The notes under the pieces: model-generated
What the model was told of the DNA's origin: nothing
What the model saw: only the letters and a program-made list of their open reading frames with translations
The model's database searches: none
Source of the DNA: an uncultured delta proteobacterium
Lineage (GTDB): Bacteria > Desulfobacterota > Binatia > HRBIN30 > BPIQ01
Direction: 5' to 3'
DNA length: 64,000 bases
Assembly (NCBI GenBank): GCA_963761335.1
Contig: CAVXGR010000005.1
Location: 352,001 to 416,000, forward strand
Translations under genes and position numbers: made by a program
Shown: positions 32,562 through 42,130 of the stretch, in pieces
Position numbering within the stretch: position 1 is the stretch's first letter
How the letters are laid out: each line of letters opens with the position of its first letter

Positions 32562-33619
32562 TTCTCACGGCGGTGCGCCTGGCGGCGGGTGGTGATCACC
32601 CGCGGTATGGGCATGTCGGGCTGCACGGCCTCTTCGATGGTGAGATCGGTGCGTCCGCGGAACGGCTCGAGGCGCACCGGGCAGTGGGCGATGTCGCAGC
32701 GAGAGCAATAGATGCGGCGGCAGGGGTCGATGTGGAAGACGATCTCGCCCTCGCTGTCGCACCGCTCGATGACGCGGCGCTCGAAGGCGTCGGCGGCGTC
32801 GTGGGCCTGCTCCACCGACCAGAACTCGGGAACGACGAGGTGCGCATCCACGTGGGAGAAGCGGCCGGAGCGGATGGCGCGCAGATTGTGGACGCGGATG
32901 ATGCCGGGGACCAGCGATGCATTCAGGGCGCCGATGAGGTCGTGGAGCAGACCCGTGTCCTCCTCGTCGAGTAAGCCACCGGCCGCGTGGCGCACCAGGC
33001 GAAGTCCGGTCACCGCCAGGTTGATGCCGACGAGGATGGCCACCGCCGGGTCGAGCCAGAGGACGTCGGTGAAGCGGACCAGGATGAGGCCGACGACCAC
33101 ACCGAGGCTGGTCCAGAAGTCCGAGAGCACGTGCTTGCCGTCGGCGACCAGAGTCAGGGACTGGTGGCGGCGACCGACGCGCAGCAGGAAGATTCCCAGC
33201 AGCGCGTTGACGATGCCGGCGCCGGCGGTGATCAGCAGGCCGTAATCGAGGTCGCGCACCTCGACGCCGCCGAGCAGGCCCTCGACCGCCTGATAGACGA
33301 TCATCACCGCGGCAAAGGCGATGAGGCCCCCCTCGAAGGCGGCGGAGAGGAACTCGACCTTGCCGTGCCCGTAGGGATGGTTGCGATCCGCCGGCCGTCC
33401 GGCAAACGCCAGCCCGCCGAGGGCGAAGACGGCGGCGACGACGTTGACGATGCTCTCCAGGGCGTCGGAGAGGATGGCGGTCGATCCGGTCAGCCGGTAG
33501 GCGAAGAACTTCGCCAGCAGCAGCGCCGTGCCGATGACCAGCGACACCAGCCCGGCGGTGAGCCGCACGCGCAGATCGGAGTCGGCCGGGGTCGCGGGCG
33601 CGGAGATCGGAGCCGTCAT
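32546..33619 (-). CDS. Cation diffusion facilitator transporter
   Basis: ILSDALES, HPYGHGKVEF, HVLSD; Cys-rich tail HIDPC...C..C....C. Confidence 0.92.
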   Translation of the reverse strand: MTAPISAPATPADSDLRVRLTAGLVSLVIGTALLLAKFFAYRLTGSTAILSDALESIVNVVAAVFALGGLAFAGRPADRNHPYGHGKVEFLSAAFEGGLIAFAAVMIVYQAVEGLLGGVEVRDLDYGLLITAGAGIVNALLGIFLLRVGRRHQSLTLVADGKHVLSDFWTSLGVVVGLILVRFTDVLWLDPAVAILVGINLAVTGLRLVRHAAGGLLDEEDTGLLHDLIGALNASLVPGIIRVHNLRAIRSGRFSHVDAHLVVPEFWSVEQAHDAADAFERRVIERCDSEGEIVFHIDPCRRIYCSRCDIAHCPVRLEPFRGRTDLTIEEAVQPDMPIPRVITTRRQAHRREKRGVG

Positions 33620-33669
33620 GGGGATATCATCCGCCGCCGCCCCGCGGAGTCAAAGACCCGCTCCCGGGG

Positions 33670-36057
33670 TTACCCGATCACCACTCGCTCGACCACGTCC
33701 GGCACTTCCTCCGGCTTCCACAGCGCCGAGCGGAAGTACTCGAAGCGGCGCCACTGCGGTGAGAGGTTGGCGAAGAAGGTGGAGGCGGGGTTGTCGCACG
33801 GGCCCGACGAGTGGGCGAAGAGCGCCTCTTCCGGTCGGGAGAGATCACAGATGAAGCGGCTGGTGGCGCCGACGAAGGGGCGCGGCGGACCGATCGGCGC
33901 CGCCACCGAGGGGCTGATGGTGTAGACGTCGCCGGGGAAAGGTCCCTCGAGAGCGCGAAACGGTCGTCCGAGAAAGGGGATCTCACCGAGCGGCGTTGCC
34001 AGGCGGAGGCGCTGCATGTCGCCCCAGCGCCACTGCTCGGGCGCGGCGCCGTGCTTCTCGGCGAGGTGCGCGACGGCATGCGAGAAGGACTCCTGCGCCA
34101 GGGCGCGCAGCGACTTGCCGCTGCTGCGCTCGATGTCCGGGCGGAGTGGATCCGTCTCGTCGAGCAGGAGTCGCTGCAGCCGCGGAAGACCGCGACGGGT
34201 ATTGAGGAATCGCGGCCCGGCAGTGCTGCCGAGCAGCGGGCGCAGGGCTCGTCCCACCATCTCGCGCATGGTGAAGACGTAGATCGGGGCGGCGGCCGAC
34301 TCGCACGAGAAGGCCCCGTCCCATTCCGCCAGCAGCCGCCGCGCCCGCCCGACCGTGTCGGCTCGCGAAACGAAATCGGAGAGCAGCGGCAGGAGCGCGT
34401 CGCGCAGCGCCGGCCCGTAATCAGAGCCGACGTCGCGCTGCATGGCGGCGAAGCTCTCGGTGCTGTGATCGGTGCGCGCCGCGAGCGCCTTCTCGATGCG
34501 GCGCTGCCGGTGATCCGGCTCGACGTGGACCCGCGTCGTGGCCCGCCGGATCTGCTCCTCGTCGGCGATCGAGTTGGCCGAGGCGACATAGCCGCGCTCG
34601 GGATTCACCATCTTCGGGTTCTCGTCGAACGACAGAAAACCGTCCCATTGCCCGGCCGGATCATCGGCGTCGCGCACGAAGAGCCCGTCGCCCTGGCGCC
34701 GCGGCAGCTTGCCGAACGGCTCCCAGGCGAAGTGGCCGTCCTTGTGGGCATAGACGTGGTTGAAGTCGAACGGCCCCTCGTTGATGCGTGCCAGGGCGCG
34801 CTGGTGCTCCGCCGCCGTCTTCGACTCGGCGAGAAGCAGGTAGCCGTCGAAGTAGCTCGCCAGATCCGACGAGGCGAAACGCAGCGCCAGCTCGGTGCCG
34901 TCGTGATGGCGCCAGCCGGGATAGATGATGCCGTGCTCGCAGCTCTCCCATTCGAGATTCACCCGGCGTCCGAAGCGCGTCGGGTGTGCTTCGCGGTGCT
35001 GCGTGATCGGGTTGCTGCCGCCGACGCTGTGGTATCGGCTGCGGTCGTCGCCGAGACGGCGGATCCGGTACAGGTCCCAGGCGTCTCGGTAGGCGGTGGT
35101 GACGCCCCAGGCCAGGTTGCCGTTATGCCCGAAGCCGAAGATCGGACAGCCGAGCATCAGACCGCCCTGTATCCGATAGAGCGGGCACTCGAGATGGGCG
35201 TGGTACCAGAAGGTCGGCAGCGGCAGCAGCGGTACGTGCGGATCGTTGGCGACGATCGGCGCTCCCGATGCCGAGCGCCATCCCGCCACCGCCCAGTTGT
35301 TGCTGCCGGCGGCGGTGAGGTGGATCGGAACCTCGGGCTCGGCGCCCTCGACGTTGGCATAGGAGCGCGGCGCATTCTCCCAAGGGGCCTCCGGAAAGAA
35401 GCGCTGCGCCGCCTCGTCGCCCAGATGGCCGCGCACCGCGTCGAAGCCGAGCTCGACGTCGAGCGGAGAGAGGGCGACACAGAACGAGCAGGTGCGGGCC
35501 GCCAGCAGGGCGTCGCTCGGACGCCAGGGGCGCACGGCGCCGAGCACCAGGTACTCCGGCGGATAGACACCGCCGGCGGCGCGCAGGGCGGCGTTGATGC
35601 CGGCGGCGTAGGCGTCCAGGCAGGCGCGCCCGCGCTCGGAGAGACGCTCGAAATCGGCTTCGCACTGCGATTCGAAGGCGAAGGGGCGCACGAACAGGTC
35701 GAGATCGGCGATGCTCTTGCCACCGAACATCGCGTTCCCCTTGGGCGCCCGCAGGTTGCCGACCAACTCGCACATGCGTCCGGCGCCCAAGTGGCGCAGG
35801 ACGTCGAGCAGCAGGAAGCGATCGGCACCTTGGAGATAGCCGAGGGCGCCGTAGAGATCGGGCTCGTGCTCGGCGTAGATGTGCGGCACACCGTTGGTGT
35901 CGCGGAGGATCTGTAGGCGACCGCGCATCGCCGGGAGATTTGCCGCCGTCAGCGGCGGCGAGGTGCGCGGCTGCGGCTGCGCCAGCGCCGACCGCACCGT
36001 GCGCGCCAGCATCGCCAGCCGCCGCTTCGGCGGCAGTCGTTCGCGGATCTCGGCCAT
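33670..36057 (-). CDS. Penicillin acylase family Ntn-hydrolase
   Basis: RDTNGVPHI, GYLQGADR, GSNNWAV (nucleophile Ser), ANDPH, SAN. Confidence 0.92.
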   Translation of the reverse strand: MAEIRERLPPKRRLAMLARTVRSALAQPQPRTSPPLTAANLPAMRGRLQILRDTNGVPHIYAEHEPDLYGALGYLQGADRFLLLDVLRHLGAGRMCELVGNLRAPKGNAMFGGKSIADLDLFVRPFAFESQCEADFERLSERGRACLDAYAAGINAALRAAGGVYPPEYLVLGAVRPWRPSDALLAARTCSFCVALSPLDVELGFDAVRGHLGDEAAQRFFPEAPWENAPRSYANVEGAEPEVPIHLTAAGSNNWAVAGWRSASGAPIVANDPHVPLLPLPTFWYHAHLECPLYRIQGGLMLGCPIFGFGHNGNLAWGVTTAYRDAWDLYRIRRLGDDRSRYHSVGGSNPITQHREAHPTRFGRRVNLEWESCEHGIIYPGWRHHDGTELALRFASSDLASYFDGYLLLAESKTAAEHQRALARINEGPFDFNHVYAHKDGHFAWEPFGKLPRRQGDGLFVRDADDPAGQWDGFLSFDENPKMVNPERGYVASANSIADEEQIRRATTRVHVEPDHRQRRIEKALAARTDHSTESFAAMQRDVGSDYGPALRDALLPLLSDFVSRADTVGRARRLLAEWDGAFSCESAAAPIYVFTMREMVGRALRPLLGSTAGPRFLNTRRGLPRLQRLLLDETDPLRPDIERSSGKSLRALAQESFSHAVAHLAEKHGAAPEQWRWGDMQRLRLATPLGEIPFLGRPFRALEGPFPGDVYTISPSVAAPIGPPRPFVGATSRFICDLSRPEEALFAHSSGPCDNPASTFFANLSPQWRRFEYFRSALWKPEEVPDVVERVVIG

Positions 36058-36103
36058 GGGCGCCCCATACAAGCCCACCCGCCCCGGCGTCAATTGGGGA
36101 CAG

Positions 36104-36529
36104 TGCATATGAGCCTTGCGGCTCACCAATGGACGACGAAATTGAGGCTGGGGATCTGCGCCGGCAAGAGACTTGGAGGTCCTCGCCCGGCTGAAGTTCG
36201 CCCCGGAGGGGCGGTGGCGTGTAGCCCCGGGTGAAACCCGGGAAAGATGCGCGCTCCGTCAGGCGCACCCCGCCAGGGGCGCGGGCAAGTTTTCGTCGAT
36301 GTCACGCCTGTACGCCGATGCTCACCGCTGGGTGCGTGGGAAGCTCATCGAGGTGATTCACGCGGCCTCTACGCCTGCGCCCCTGCGGGGCGCTGATCTG
36401 GGCCAATCGGAACGCGGTCCCCGGGTTGACACCCGGGGCTACATGCCTGCGCCCCTCCGGGGCGACAAGCCTCCACGCCAAGCGCCGGTGCGCTCCGCCA
36501 GACCTTCATCCAACAGATTTTCGAAGCAG
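36104..36529 (-). mobile_element. REP-targeting cassette, cargo type 1 (426 bp)
   Basis: Close reverse-complement match to 16464-16890. Confidence 0.8.
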
Positions 36530-36815
36530 TGCGTCATGAGCCTGCGGCTCACCAACAGACGATGAAAATGGACGGCGTCCTGATTCACTGATCAGACGCT
36601 TGCGATGATACTTCCGCGCCACGGGGGCGGGTCTCCTCTCCCCGCATCTTTCCGCGGGGAGAGGATCAAGGTGAGGGGTTCCTGTCTCACTGAAAGCTCG
36701 TGAATCTCCACGGCCTTCACAGAGATCGGCACCCTCACCCTGACCCTCTCCCGCCAAGTAATGCGGGAGAGGGAACGCGCCCCCGAAGCGCACACCCAAC
36801 AGATTTTCGAAGCAG
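36530..36815 (-). mobile_element. REP-targeting cassette, cargo type 2 (286 bp)
   Basis: Same ends (TGCGTCATGAGCC..GGCTCACCAACAGACGATGAAAAT / CACCCAACAGATTTTCGAAGCAG), unrelated interior. Confidence 0.8.
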
Positions 36816-36895
36816 GCTACTTTTGCCGCCCGGATTGATATCCGCAGTGTGGAAGTCGCAAAAGTAGCCTGTCCCCAATTGACGCCGCTGGAGGC

Positions 36896-38308
36896 CTACT
36901 CGCCTGCCGGCCGGTGCGCCGATCGCGATTCCAGAAAGGCGAGGATCCTGTCGAGATCGCCGGGAGTCAGGTTGCCGGCGAACGCCGGCATGTTGACCCC
37001 GCCGTTCATGATGCGAATCGTCATCTGCTGGCGTGTGAGGCGATCCGCGACCGCCGTCAGGCTCGGACCCCGGTGTCCACCGTGCCCGGCCACCTCGTGG
37101 CAGAACTCGCAGCCCTTGGCGTGGAACAGCTGCGCGCCCTCGTAAACCGGCCCGCTGCTCGCGCCGATGACGCCGGCGGGCAGGGGCTTGGCGCTGAAGT
37201 CCGGGGACCACGGCGCCTTGCGCCCCTGCACCCACAGGGTGCCGATCATCAACACGACGAACAGCACGATGGCAACCGCCCAGGGCCGCCGCCAGGGGCT
37301 CCGCTCCCCGTAGTTGGACAGGAAGGGAAGGAGAAAGAGCAGCAGCCCGGCGGTCAGCGGCGCCAGGACGATGAGGTAGCTCTCGAGAGCCGGCGGGATC
37401 AGCGCCAGGACCGCATAGTACCAGAGGAGGTACCAGTCGGGACGCGGATAGGCCTGGATGATCGTCGGATCGGGCGGCTTGCCGAGCTCGGGCGGCCCGA
37501 CCCTCCAGGCGAGCAGGAGGATGACGCCGAGGACGGCGATGCCGAAGGCCATGTCCCGCCAGGCGGCGTCGGGCCAGAAGGGATGCCCGTGCTTCTCGAG
37601 GTGGTCGCGGTACCAGTCGCGATAGGTCTTCGGATCCACCACCCGGCCCGCCTTCGGCGGCTCGGAGATGCCGTTGCGGATCACCAGGTAGAGGTGGAAG
37701 CCGAGAAACGCGAAGATCATCGCGGGGATGAAGAAGACGTGGAAGGCGAAGAAGCGACTCAGGGTCGTCGCGCCGACGGTGCCGCCGGCGAGAAGGAAAT
37801 GAGCGAGCGCCTTGCCGATGAACGGCACCCGGCCCGCCTGCTCGGCGGCGACGAAGACCGACCAGACGGCGTCCTGATCCCAGCGCAGCAGCTGCCCCGT
37901 AAACCCCATCAGCAGGGTGAGCCCGAGCAGGACCACGCCGGTGAGCCAGCTCACCTCGCGCGGGTACTTGTACGCCGCCATCACGTAGACGCGCACCATG
38001 TGAATGCCGATCAGCAGCACCATGGCCGAGGCGCCGAAGTAGTGAAGCCCGCGAAGGAAGTGGCCGAGGACGGCTTTGTCGCTGATGAAGCGCAGGGTCT
38101 CGTAGGCGTCGGCGGTGGAGGAGACATACGCCGTCGACAGGGCGATGCCGGTGACCACCTGGATGACGAATGCCAGGAGAGTGGCGCTGCCGAATACGTA
38201 CCACCAGTTGGTTCCCGGCGGCACCGGGTGCCTGGCGACGGGTTCCACCGTCTGTGAGACGCCGGTGCGGTCGTCGAACCATCGCCATGCGGCGCGGAGC
38301 CATCTCAT
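36896..38308 (-). CDS. qcrB: Cytochrome b (b6 + subunit IV) fused to a C-terminal cytochrome c
   Basis: RGLHYFGAS...IHM, FAFHVF...FHL heme ligands, PDWY Qo motif, CEFCH...MP heme c. Confidence 0.92.
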   Translation of the reverse strand: MRWLRAAWRWFDDRTGVSQTVEPVARHPVPPGTNWWYVFGSATLLAFVIQVVTGIALSTAYVSSTADAYETLRFISDKAVLGHFLRGLHYFGASAMVLLIGIHMVRVYVMAAYKYPREVSWLTGVVLLGLTLLMGFTGQLLRWDQDAVWSVFVAAEQAGRVPFIGKALAHFLLAGGTVGATTLSRFFAFHVFFIPAMIFAFLGFHLYLVIRNGISEPPKAGRVVDPKTYRDWYRDHLEKHGHPFWPDAAWRDMAFGIAVLGVILLLAWRVGPPELGKPPDPTIIQAYPRPDWYLLWYYAVLALIPPALESYLIVLAPLTAGLLLFLLPFLSNYGERSPWRRPWAVAIVLFVVLMIGTLWVQGRKAPWSPDFSAKPLPAGVIGASSGPVYEGAQLFHAKGCEFCHEVAGHGGHRGPSLTAVADRLTRQQMTIRIMNGGVNMPAFAGNLTPGDLDRILAFLESRSAHRPAGE

Positions 38309-38829
38309 GTGATCGGCGCGGCGGTGGCGCGGATCTGCAGCTTGCCGCCGCCGATGCGCACCGGATAGCGGACCAGGGAACGCGGCGGCGGTCCGGAGGC
38401 GACCTGGCCGTCGGAGTAGTAGACGCCGCCGTGGCAGGGGCACATGAAGAGGTTGGCGTCCGGCAGCCAGCGCACCGGGCATCCGAGATGCGTGCAGTTC
38501 ACGGAGAAGGCGATGAACTCGGTCTCGCTCTGCCGCCGCACCCAGGCGGCGGTGCGTGCCGTGAGCCCAGCCCACGGCAGCGGCGAAGCATCCTGAAAGG
38601 AAACCTCGACGGTCTCGCCGATGCGGAAGTCGTCGATCGCCCCGACGGTTCTCCAGATGGTCGGCAGGCGCTCGAGCAGCGGCGCCACCAGGAAGCCGAC
38701 CACGGGAAGAGCGACGAGGCCGGCGCCGATGGCACCGAGCGCGAGGAGCAGGCGCAGCAGAACCGGACGCCTGCCGATGTCCTGGCGTTGCTCAGTCCCC
38801 TGCGGCTCGTCGTTCTTTTCGCTGCTCAT
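38305..38829 (-). CDS. qcrA: Rieske iron-sulfur subunit
   Basis: CTHLGC and CPCHGG boxes; RR + TM anchor. Confidence 0.92.
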   Translation of the reverse strand: MSSEKNDEPQGTEQRQDIGRRPVLLRLLLALGAIGAGLVALPVVGFLVAPLLERLPTIWRTVGAIDDFRIGETVEVSFQDASPLPWAGLTARTAAWVRRQSETEFIAFSVNCTHLGCPVRWLPDANLFMCPCHGGVYYSDGQVASGPPPRSLVRYPVRIGGGKLQIRATAAPIT

Positions 38830-39052
38830 GAACAAGCTCTCCAATCCACCCGGCAAGTGCCAGGCCGAACAGGGCGAAGCCCACGGCGGAGATGATGTAC
38901 GTGGTGGCGATGCCGAGGGCTACGAGGGCAATGGCCAGCGCCATCATCGCCGGGGCGTAGGTGGGGCGCGGCAGAGTGGCCGGCTCGGGCGCGTTCCAGC
39001 CGTCCCTTCCGTTCTCCCCGCGGGTTGTCGACTGGTCGCCGCTTTTCCGCAT
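38792..39052 (-). CDS. Small two-TM protein, oxidase subunit IV-like
   Basis: LPRPTYAP followed by two helices; embedded in the operon. Confidence 0.65.
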   Translation of the reverse strand: MRKSGDQSTTRGENGRDGWNAPEPATLPRPTYAPAMMALAIALVALGIATTYIISAVGFALFGLALAGWIGELVHEQRKERRAAGD

Positions 39053-39076
39053 GCGCTCTCGTCCCTCCATTCTCGG

Positions 39077-39919
39077 TCAGGTTCGGGGAAGGGGCTGGGG
39101 AGGTGCGCCGATGGCACCGCCAGCCCCCTCCGCATCGGCCTCCGGCGTGGCGTACCAGCGGGCCAGCACCGCGATCACCGCGGAGAGATAGACCGTGCAC
39201 GCCGGGACCCACATCAGCAGACCGCCGAGCTGCTGGTCCGTGGCCGGCGACAGGCCCCATTGTTGCCGGATCAGCGGCAGGATGCCGAGCCGGTCGGCGG
39301 GGTTCACGTAGGCGGGATAGAGACCGGCCGGCGCGAAGCTGAGGATGATGCCGAGGACAGTGCAGGCGACGCAGGCGGTGAACAGGTAGAGGACCGTGAG
39401 CAGCGGCGCCAGGCGCCGCTCCGGCAGCGGCCCCGCTACCTGCCACCAGAAGACGCAGCCGAGGAGAAGGAGGCTGAGCTGCTCGAAGAGGTGCAGGACG
39501 CCGCTGTGCAGAGCCGCCGTCAGCAGCGGGGGATAGTGCCAGACCCACATGGCGGCGGCGCCGCTGAGCCAGCCGACCACCGGCCTGCCGAGCACGCGGA
39601 CGACGCCCGCCGCCAGGGGATGCCGCAGCGCCCGCCGGGCGGCCGCCGGGGGAAGGCCGAGGAGGAGCAGTGGCGGGACGACCAGAACCAGCAGCAGATG
39701 CTCCGCCATGTGGGCGCTGAAGAGATAGCCGTGGGCCAGCACGGCCAGGGGGGAAGCCGCGGCGATGAGCAGGAGCGCCATGCCCCCGATGAAGAAAAGG
39801 GAACGGCGCGGCAGGCGAAAGCGCAGCGCGGCCGCGTAGGCGCCGAGCAGCGCGGCCCACATCGAGAGCGTCGCCCAGTCGCTGCACCAGCTCGAGGAGA
39901 GCAGCTCCGTGGTGGTCAT
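39077..39919 (-). CDS. ctaG: caa3-type oxidase assembly factor
   Basis: FSAHMAEHLLL, WVWHYP, DQQLGGLLMW. Confidence 0.9.
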   Translation of the reverse strand: MTTTELLSSSWCSDWATLSMWAALLGAYAAALRFRLPRRSLFFIGGMALLLIAAASPLAVLAHGYLFSAHMAEHLLLVLVVPPLLLLGLPPAAARRALRHPLAAGVVRVLGRPVVGWLSGAAAMWVWHYPPLLTAALHSGVLHLFEQLSLLLLGCVFWWQVAGPLPERRLAPLLTVLYLFTACVACTVLGIILSFAPAGLYPAYVNPADRLGILPLIRQQWGLSPATDQQLGGLLMWVPACTVYLSAVIAVLARWYATPEADAEGAGGAIGAPPQPLPRT

Positions 39920-40467
39920 CGGGTCCCCCAAAGGTAGACGATGGAGAAGATCGCGATCCAGACGACGTCGACGAAATGCCAGTAGAGCGCCACGACGCCG
40001 ACCGCCTCGCTCGGGGCTCCGGGAAGCTCTCCCCAGAGGGTGAGTCCCAGGAGGATGGACAGGGCCAGCAGGCCGACGAAGACGTGGAGCCCGTGAAAGC
40101 CGGTGAGCGTGAAGAAGGTGGTGCCGAAGAGATCGCGGCTGATGGTGACGTTCTCGCCGATCAGACGCGCGAACTCCGCGCCCTGCCCGGCGAGGAAGAT
40201 GGCGCCGAGCAGGACGGTGGCGGCCAGCCACGCACACTGCCGGCGGCGCGCCTCGCTTTCGCCGTTCTTCTCGGCGCGCCACATGGTGGCGCTGCTGCTC
40301 AGCAGGAAGACGGTGTTGATTCCGGTCTTCCGCGGGTCGAGGACATCGGCGGCAGTGGGGCCCGTGGAGCCGCCGCCGTGATAGTAGACGTAGGCGAGGA
40401 TCAGCAGCAGAAAGAAGTTCGCCTCCGAGGCGATGAAGAAGATCATGCCGAGCTTTGCCCGTTTCAT
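39916..40467 (-). CDS. ctaE: Cytochrome c oxidase subunit III (short form)
   Basis: FIASE, FFTLTGFHGLHV, YWHFVDVVW. Confidence 0.93.
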   Translation of the reverse strand: MKRAKLGMIFFIASEANFFLLLILAYVYYHGGGSTGPTAADVLDPRKTGINTVFLLSSSATMWRAEKNGESEARRRQCAWLAATVLLGAIFLAGQGAEFARLIGENVTISRDLFGTTFFTLTGFHGLHVFVGLLALSILLGLTLWGELPGAPSEAVGVVALYWHFVDVVWIAIFSIVYLWGTR

Positions 40468-40480
40468 TGCCGCCCCTCGG

Positions 40481-42130
40481 TCAGTCGTCGTCGGGATTCT
40501 CCGGGTGCGCCAGGTCCCATAGCGGTCGCCGGCTGCGCACCGGCGGCACCCGATCGAAGTTGTGCGGCGGCGGCGGTGAGGCGGTTGCCCACTCGAGGGT
40601 CCAGGCGGCCCATGGATTGTCGCCCGCGGCGTCGCCGTGGCGCAGGCTGCGGAGAATGTTCCACAGGAAGACGAGCATGGCGACAGCGATCATGAAGGCG
40701 CCGATGGTCGAGATCAGGTTGAGCACCCCCCAGTACGGCAGGTCGGGATAGGTGAACACGCGGCGCGGCATGCCCATCAAGCCGAGGAAGTGCTGCACGA
40801 AGAAGGTCAGGTTGAAGCCGATGACCGTCAGCCAGAAGTGCCACCGTCCCAGTGTCTCGGAGAGCATGCGGCCGGTGATCTTGGGGAACCAGTAGTAGGC
40901 GCCGGCGAAGATGGCGAACAGTGAGCCGCCGAAGAGGACGTAGTGCATGTGGGCGACGACGTAGTAGGTGTCCGTCGTCTGCCAGTCGGTCGGCACCACG
41001 GCGAAGCTGACGCCGCTCAGACCGCCGATGGTGAACTCCACCAGAAAGGCGACGGCGAACATCATCGCCGTGGTGAAGCGAATGGAGCCGCCGTACATGG
41101 TTGCCGTCCAGTTGAAGATCTTGATCCCCGTGGGCACGGCGATGAGCATGCTGGCGGCCGCGAAGACGCCGTCGAAGGCGTGGCCGAGACCGACGCTGAA
41201 CATGTGATGCGCCCACACGCCGAAGCTCAGCAGGCCGATGGCGACGGTGGAGGCGGCGACGAACTCGTAGCCGAAGATGGGCTTGCGCGAGAACACCGGG
41301 ATGACCTCGGAGATGATCCCGAAGGCCGGCAGGACCATGATGTACACCTCGGGATGGCCGAATCCCCAGAAGTAGTGCTGCCAGAGGATGGGCGAGCCCC
41401 CCGCCTGCGACGCGAAGAAATGCGCGTTGAGCTGGCGATCGATGAGCAGCATCACCAGCGCCGCATTGAGGATGGAGAGCGCCAGAATGATCAGGAAGGC
41501 ATTGACGAACACCATCCACACGAAGAGTGGCAGGCGGCGCATGGTCAGACCCGGGGCGCGCAGCGTGATCACGGTGACGATGAAGTTGATCCCCGCGGCG
41601 ACGGTGCCGATGCCGCTGGTGAGAAGGCCGAGGATCCAGTAGTCCATTCCGGAGGTCGACGAGTACGGCTTCTCGCTGAGGGGCGCATAGCTGAACCAGC
41701 CGGCGGCGGGGGCGCCGCCGGCGATCAAGCTGAAGTAGAGGAGCAGCCCACCGAAGAGGAGGAGCCAGAGGCTCAGGGCGTTCAGCCGCGGGAAAGCCAT
41801 GTCGCGGGCGCCGATCATCAGCGGCGTCAGGTAGGTCGCGAAGCCGATCAGCATCGGCATGACCACCAGGAAGATCATGGTGGTGCCGTGCAGCGTGAAG
41901 ATCTCGTTGTACGCGGTCGGGGAGAGGAAGGTGTTCTCGGGGCGGGCCAGCTGCACGCGCATCAGCAGGGCCTCGACGCCGCCGACCAGGAAGAAGACGG
42001 AGGTGACCAGCAGGTACATGATGCCGATCTGCTTGTGATCGATCGACGCCACCCAGCTCAGCAGACCCTCGTCCTCGGTGAGCGCCGGCAGCGGCGCGGC
42101 GGAGGCGGGCGCCACCGTGAAGTCTCTCAT
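40481..42130 (-). CDS. ctaD: Cytochrome c oxidase subunit I, type A1
   Basis: DHKQIG, HGTTM, GHPEVY, WAHHM, VAHMHY. Confidence 0.97.
   Translation of the reverse strand: MRDFTVAPASAAPLPALTEDEGLLSWVASIDHKQIGIMYLLVTSVFFLVGGVEALLMRVQLARPENTFLSPTAYNEIFTLHGTTMIFLVVMPMLIGFATYLTPLMIGARDMAFPRLNALSLWLLLFGGLLLYFSLIAGGAPAAGWFSYAPLSEKPYSSTSGMDYWILGLLTSGIGTVAAGINFIVTVITLRAPGLTMRRLPLFVWMVFVNAFLIILALSILNAALVMLLIDRQLNAHFFASQAGGSPILWQHYFWGFGHPEVYIMVLPAFGIISEVIPVFSRKPIFGYEFVAASTVAIGLLSFGVWAHHMFSVGLGHAFDGVFAAASMLIAVPTGIKIFNWTATMYGGSIRFTTAMMFAVAFLVEFTIGGLSGVSFAVVPTDWQTTDTYYVVAHMHYVLFGGSLFAIFAGAYYWFPKITGRMLSETLGRWHFWLTVIGFNLTFFVQHFLGLMGMPRRVFTYPDLPYWGVLNLISTIGAFMIAVAMLVFLWNILRSLRHGDAAGDNPWAAWTLEWATASPPPPHNFDRVPPVRSRRPLWDLAHPENPDDD

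Larger units (their letters stand above)
36085..36887. repeat. GGGGACAG-type REP pair with extended inverted flanks; left arm interrupted by two cassettes
   Basis: CGGCGTCAATTGGGGACAG[..][..]GCTACTTTT - 35 bp - AAAAGTAGCCTGTCCCCAATTGACGCCG. Confidence 0.85.
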
